Made by a program: the position numbers and the translations under genes. From positions 352,001 through 416,000 of the forward strand of contig OZ244044.1 in the NCBI GenBank assembly GCA_965215275.1: 64,000 bases of DNA, given 5' to 3'. Origin of the DNA: Thermodesulfobacteriota bacterium. Lineage in GTDB: Bacteria; Desulfobacterota_D; UBA1144; Nemesobacterales; JAJCZQ01. Under the pieces are notes generated by a model. It was not told where the DNA came from, made no database searches, and saw only the letters and a program-made list of their open reading frames with translations. This document shows positions 62,640-64,000 of the stretch, piece after piece (the first letter of the stretch is position 1; each line of letters begins with the position of its first letter).

Positions 62640-63782
62640 TTAATTCAATTCAAAGATCTTTTTTACACGAGCTTCCCACGTGTAGCTGAGCACTTCCGAT
62701 AAGGCGTTCTCGGACAGCTTCCTGGAATAATCCCGGTCGGTCAGGACCAGGTCCAGCTTCCTGCAGAAAGAATCAAGGTCGCCTGCCTCGAAAAGGGACG
62801 CCGTTCTTCCATCTTCAAGCACTTCGGTTATGGTGGGCAGCGCACTTGAGACAATGGGCCTGCCTGCCGCCATGTATTCAAAGAGCTTCATCGGAGAGGT
62901 GAATTCAGCGGCTTTCGTTCCACCCTTTATGGTCACGTCAGAAGAATAAGGAATGACCAGCACGTCCGATGCCTTCAGGTACTTCGGGACTTCCGTATGG
63001 GGAACAAAGCCCTTTACAAGGAAATTATCCGCACCTTTTTCCCTGGATATCGCTGCGTACCCGTCGTTATCGACCTCCCTTCCGCCCACGACCAGAAAAA
63101 CAAGGTCTTTAAACCTCAGGGCGGCGTCTATCAGCATTTCGACCCCCCTGCCGCTGTACGTGTTACCGCAGTAGCAGACTATCCTTGCATCAGCGGGCAG
63201 TCCGAGCGATCTCCTGAGCTGGAAAAGCGGCTCGTCCATATTATATCTTTCAACCTCAACTCCGTTGTGAGAAACGACCAGTTTTTCCTCGTTCAGTCCT
63301 TCCTTGAGATAAATGCTTGCAAGCCCTCTGGAATTAGACGCAAGCTTAAGCAGATTGTCAGAATCCTTGAAACTCTGGAACATCTTTCGTGCGGCAACGT
63401 TAACCGGTGGATGGTGCGCGTCGTATATGGTAGGAATACCGAACAGCCTGGTCGCCAGGCAGGTAAAGATGATATTCGTGGTAAGTACCAGATCGAACCT
63501 GTTCTTCCTGATCCGGCAGTAGACCGCACTTGCAACGCCGTGAAGTACCTGACGACCTATCAGGTTCGTGTATGGAACGGCAGTGATCTTGAATCTCTCG
63601 GTAATACCATAGTAATCAAAAATATCCCTGCTGCTGTCGTAACCCGGAAAGATCAGCTCGATATCAAAACCCAGGTTCTTCATTGCCTGGCACATCTTCA
63701 TAATATATATTGAACTTGCACCCTTGGAAAAAAGCTCTGGACTTCCAACGTAAAATACCCTTGGTCTTTTCATATCAATCAA
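62640..63782 (-). CDS. Glycosyltransferase family 4
   Basis: HNGV, SDVLVIP and SPMKLFEYMAAGRPIV motifs. Confidence 0.9.
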   Translation of the reverse strand: MIDMKRPRVFYVGSPELFSKGASSIYIMKMCQAMKNLGFDIELIFPGYDSSRDIFDYYGITERFKITAVPYTNLIGRQVLHGVASAVYCRIRKNRFDLVLTTNIIFTCLATRLFGIPTIYDAHHPPVNVAARKMFQSFKDSDNLLKLASNSRGLASIYLKEGLNEEKLVVSHNGVEVERYNMDEPLFQLRRSLGLPADARIVCYCGNTYSGRGVEMLIDAALRFKDLVFLVVGGREVDNDGYAAISREKGADNFLVKGFVPHTEVPKYLKASDVLVIPYSSDVTIKGGTKAAEFTSPMKLFEYMAAGRPIVSSALPTITEVLEDGRTASLFEAGDLDSFCRKLDLVLTDRDYSRKLSENALSEVLSYTWEARVKKIFELN

Positions 63783-63867
63783 ACAGGGAGTGGAGAAATT
63801 GTATTGGTTTGTTCATCAACAATATAATAAACTATAGTGGTGTTTTTAAAAAACTAAAAAGCTGAAA

Positions 63868-63928
63868 AGTATCAATGAGTATCAATGAGTATCAATGAGT
63901 ATCAATGAGTATCAATGAATATCAATGA
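63868..63928 (+). repeat. 10-bp tandem repeat (atcaatgagt) x6 containing the hisS start codon
   Basis: Four perfect units plus atcaatgaat and atcaatgaaa. Confidence 0.9.
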
Positions 63929-64000
63929 AATTTAAATCTATCAGAGGATTTCACGACGTTCTGCCCGAGCAGGTTAAAAGATGGCAGTATATAGAAGGAT
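63925..64000 (+). CDS. hisS: Histidyl-tRNA synthetase, N-terminal fragment (cut by window edge)
   Basis: MKFKSIRGFHDVLPEQVKRWQYIEG matches the HisRS N-terminal RG..D.LP....W..IE motif. Confidence 0.8.
   Translation, partial: MKFKSIRGFHDVLPEQVKRWQYIEG

Noticed and set aside
1112..63713. Numerous antisense or nested ORFs in the track (e.g. 2440-2856, 16558-17226, 18936-19526, 22003-22653, 30617-31216, 45474-45824, 62997-63713)
   Set aside because: Shadow frames of well-supported genes or spanning element boundaries, with no recognisable motifs.

Overview
Chromosomal window from a diderm bacterium. Housekeeping genes include fumC, a thiolase/crotonase/hbd/acyl-CoA dehydrogenase cluster, nirK, ilvD, coaBC, alr, mlaEFD-like genes, dtd, smpB, tmRNA and the start of hisS. 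Two AT-rich defence-type islands are present: (i) TIR-STAND NTPase, AAA ATPase and HTH-ImmA/IrrE, with truncated partner genes; (ii) an Azaca-like DUF6361/PLD/helicase operon plus fic, next to ssrA. There is also one IS1595-family element. The most striking feature is a four-member family of large surface proteins: signal peptide, kexin-like S8 subtilase domain, P-domain, several Ig-like (He_PIG-type) repeats and a polyGly-Cys/TM/basic C-terminal tail. All four copies lack all three catalytic residues. Each has one or two poly-C tracts in the signal-peptide coding region just after a consensus sigma70 promoter. The copies are patchwork mosaics of each other, and two share a 1,881-bp near-perfect inverted repeat. 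This suggests a phase-variable, recombination-diversified pseudo-protease adhesin system. Homopolymer lengths and large repeats could partly be assembly artefacts and need read-level checks. All family calls come from motif recognition by eye, not database searches.
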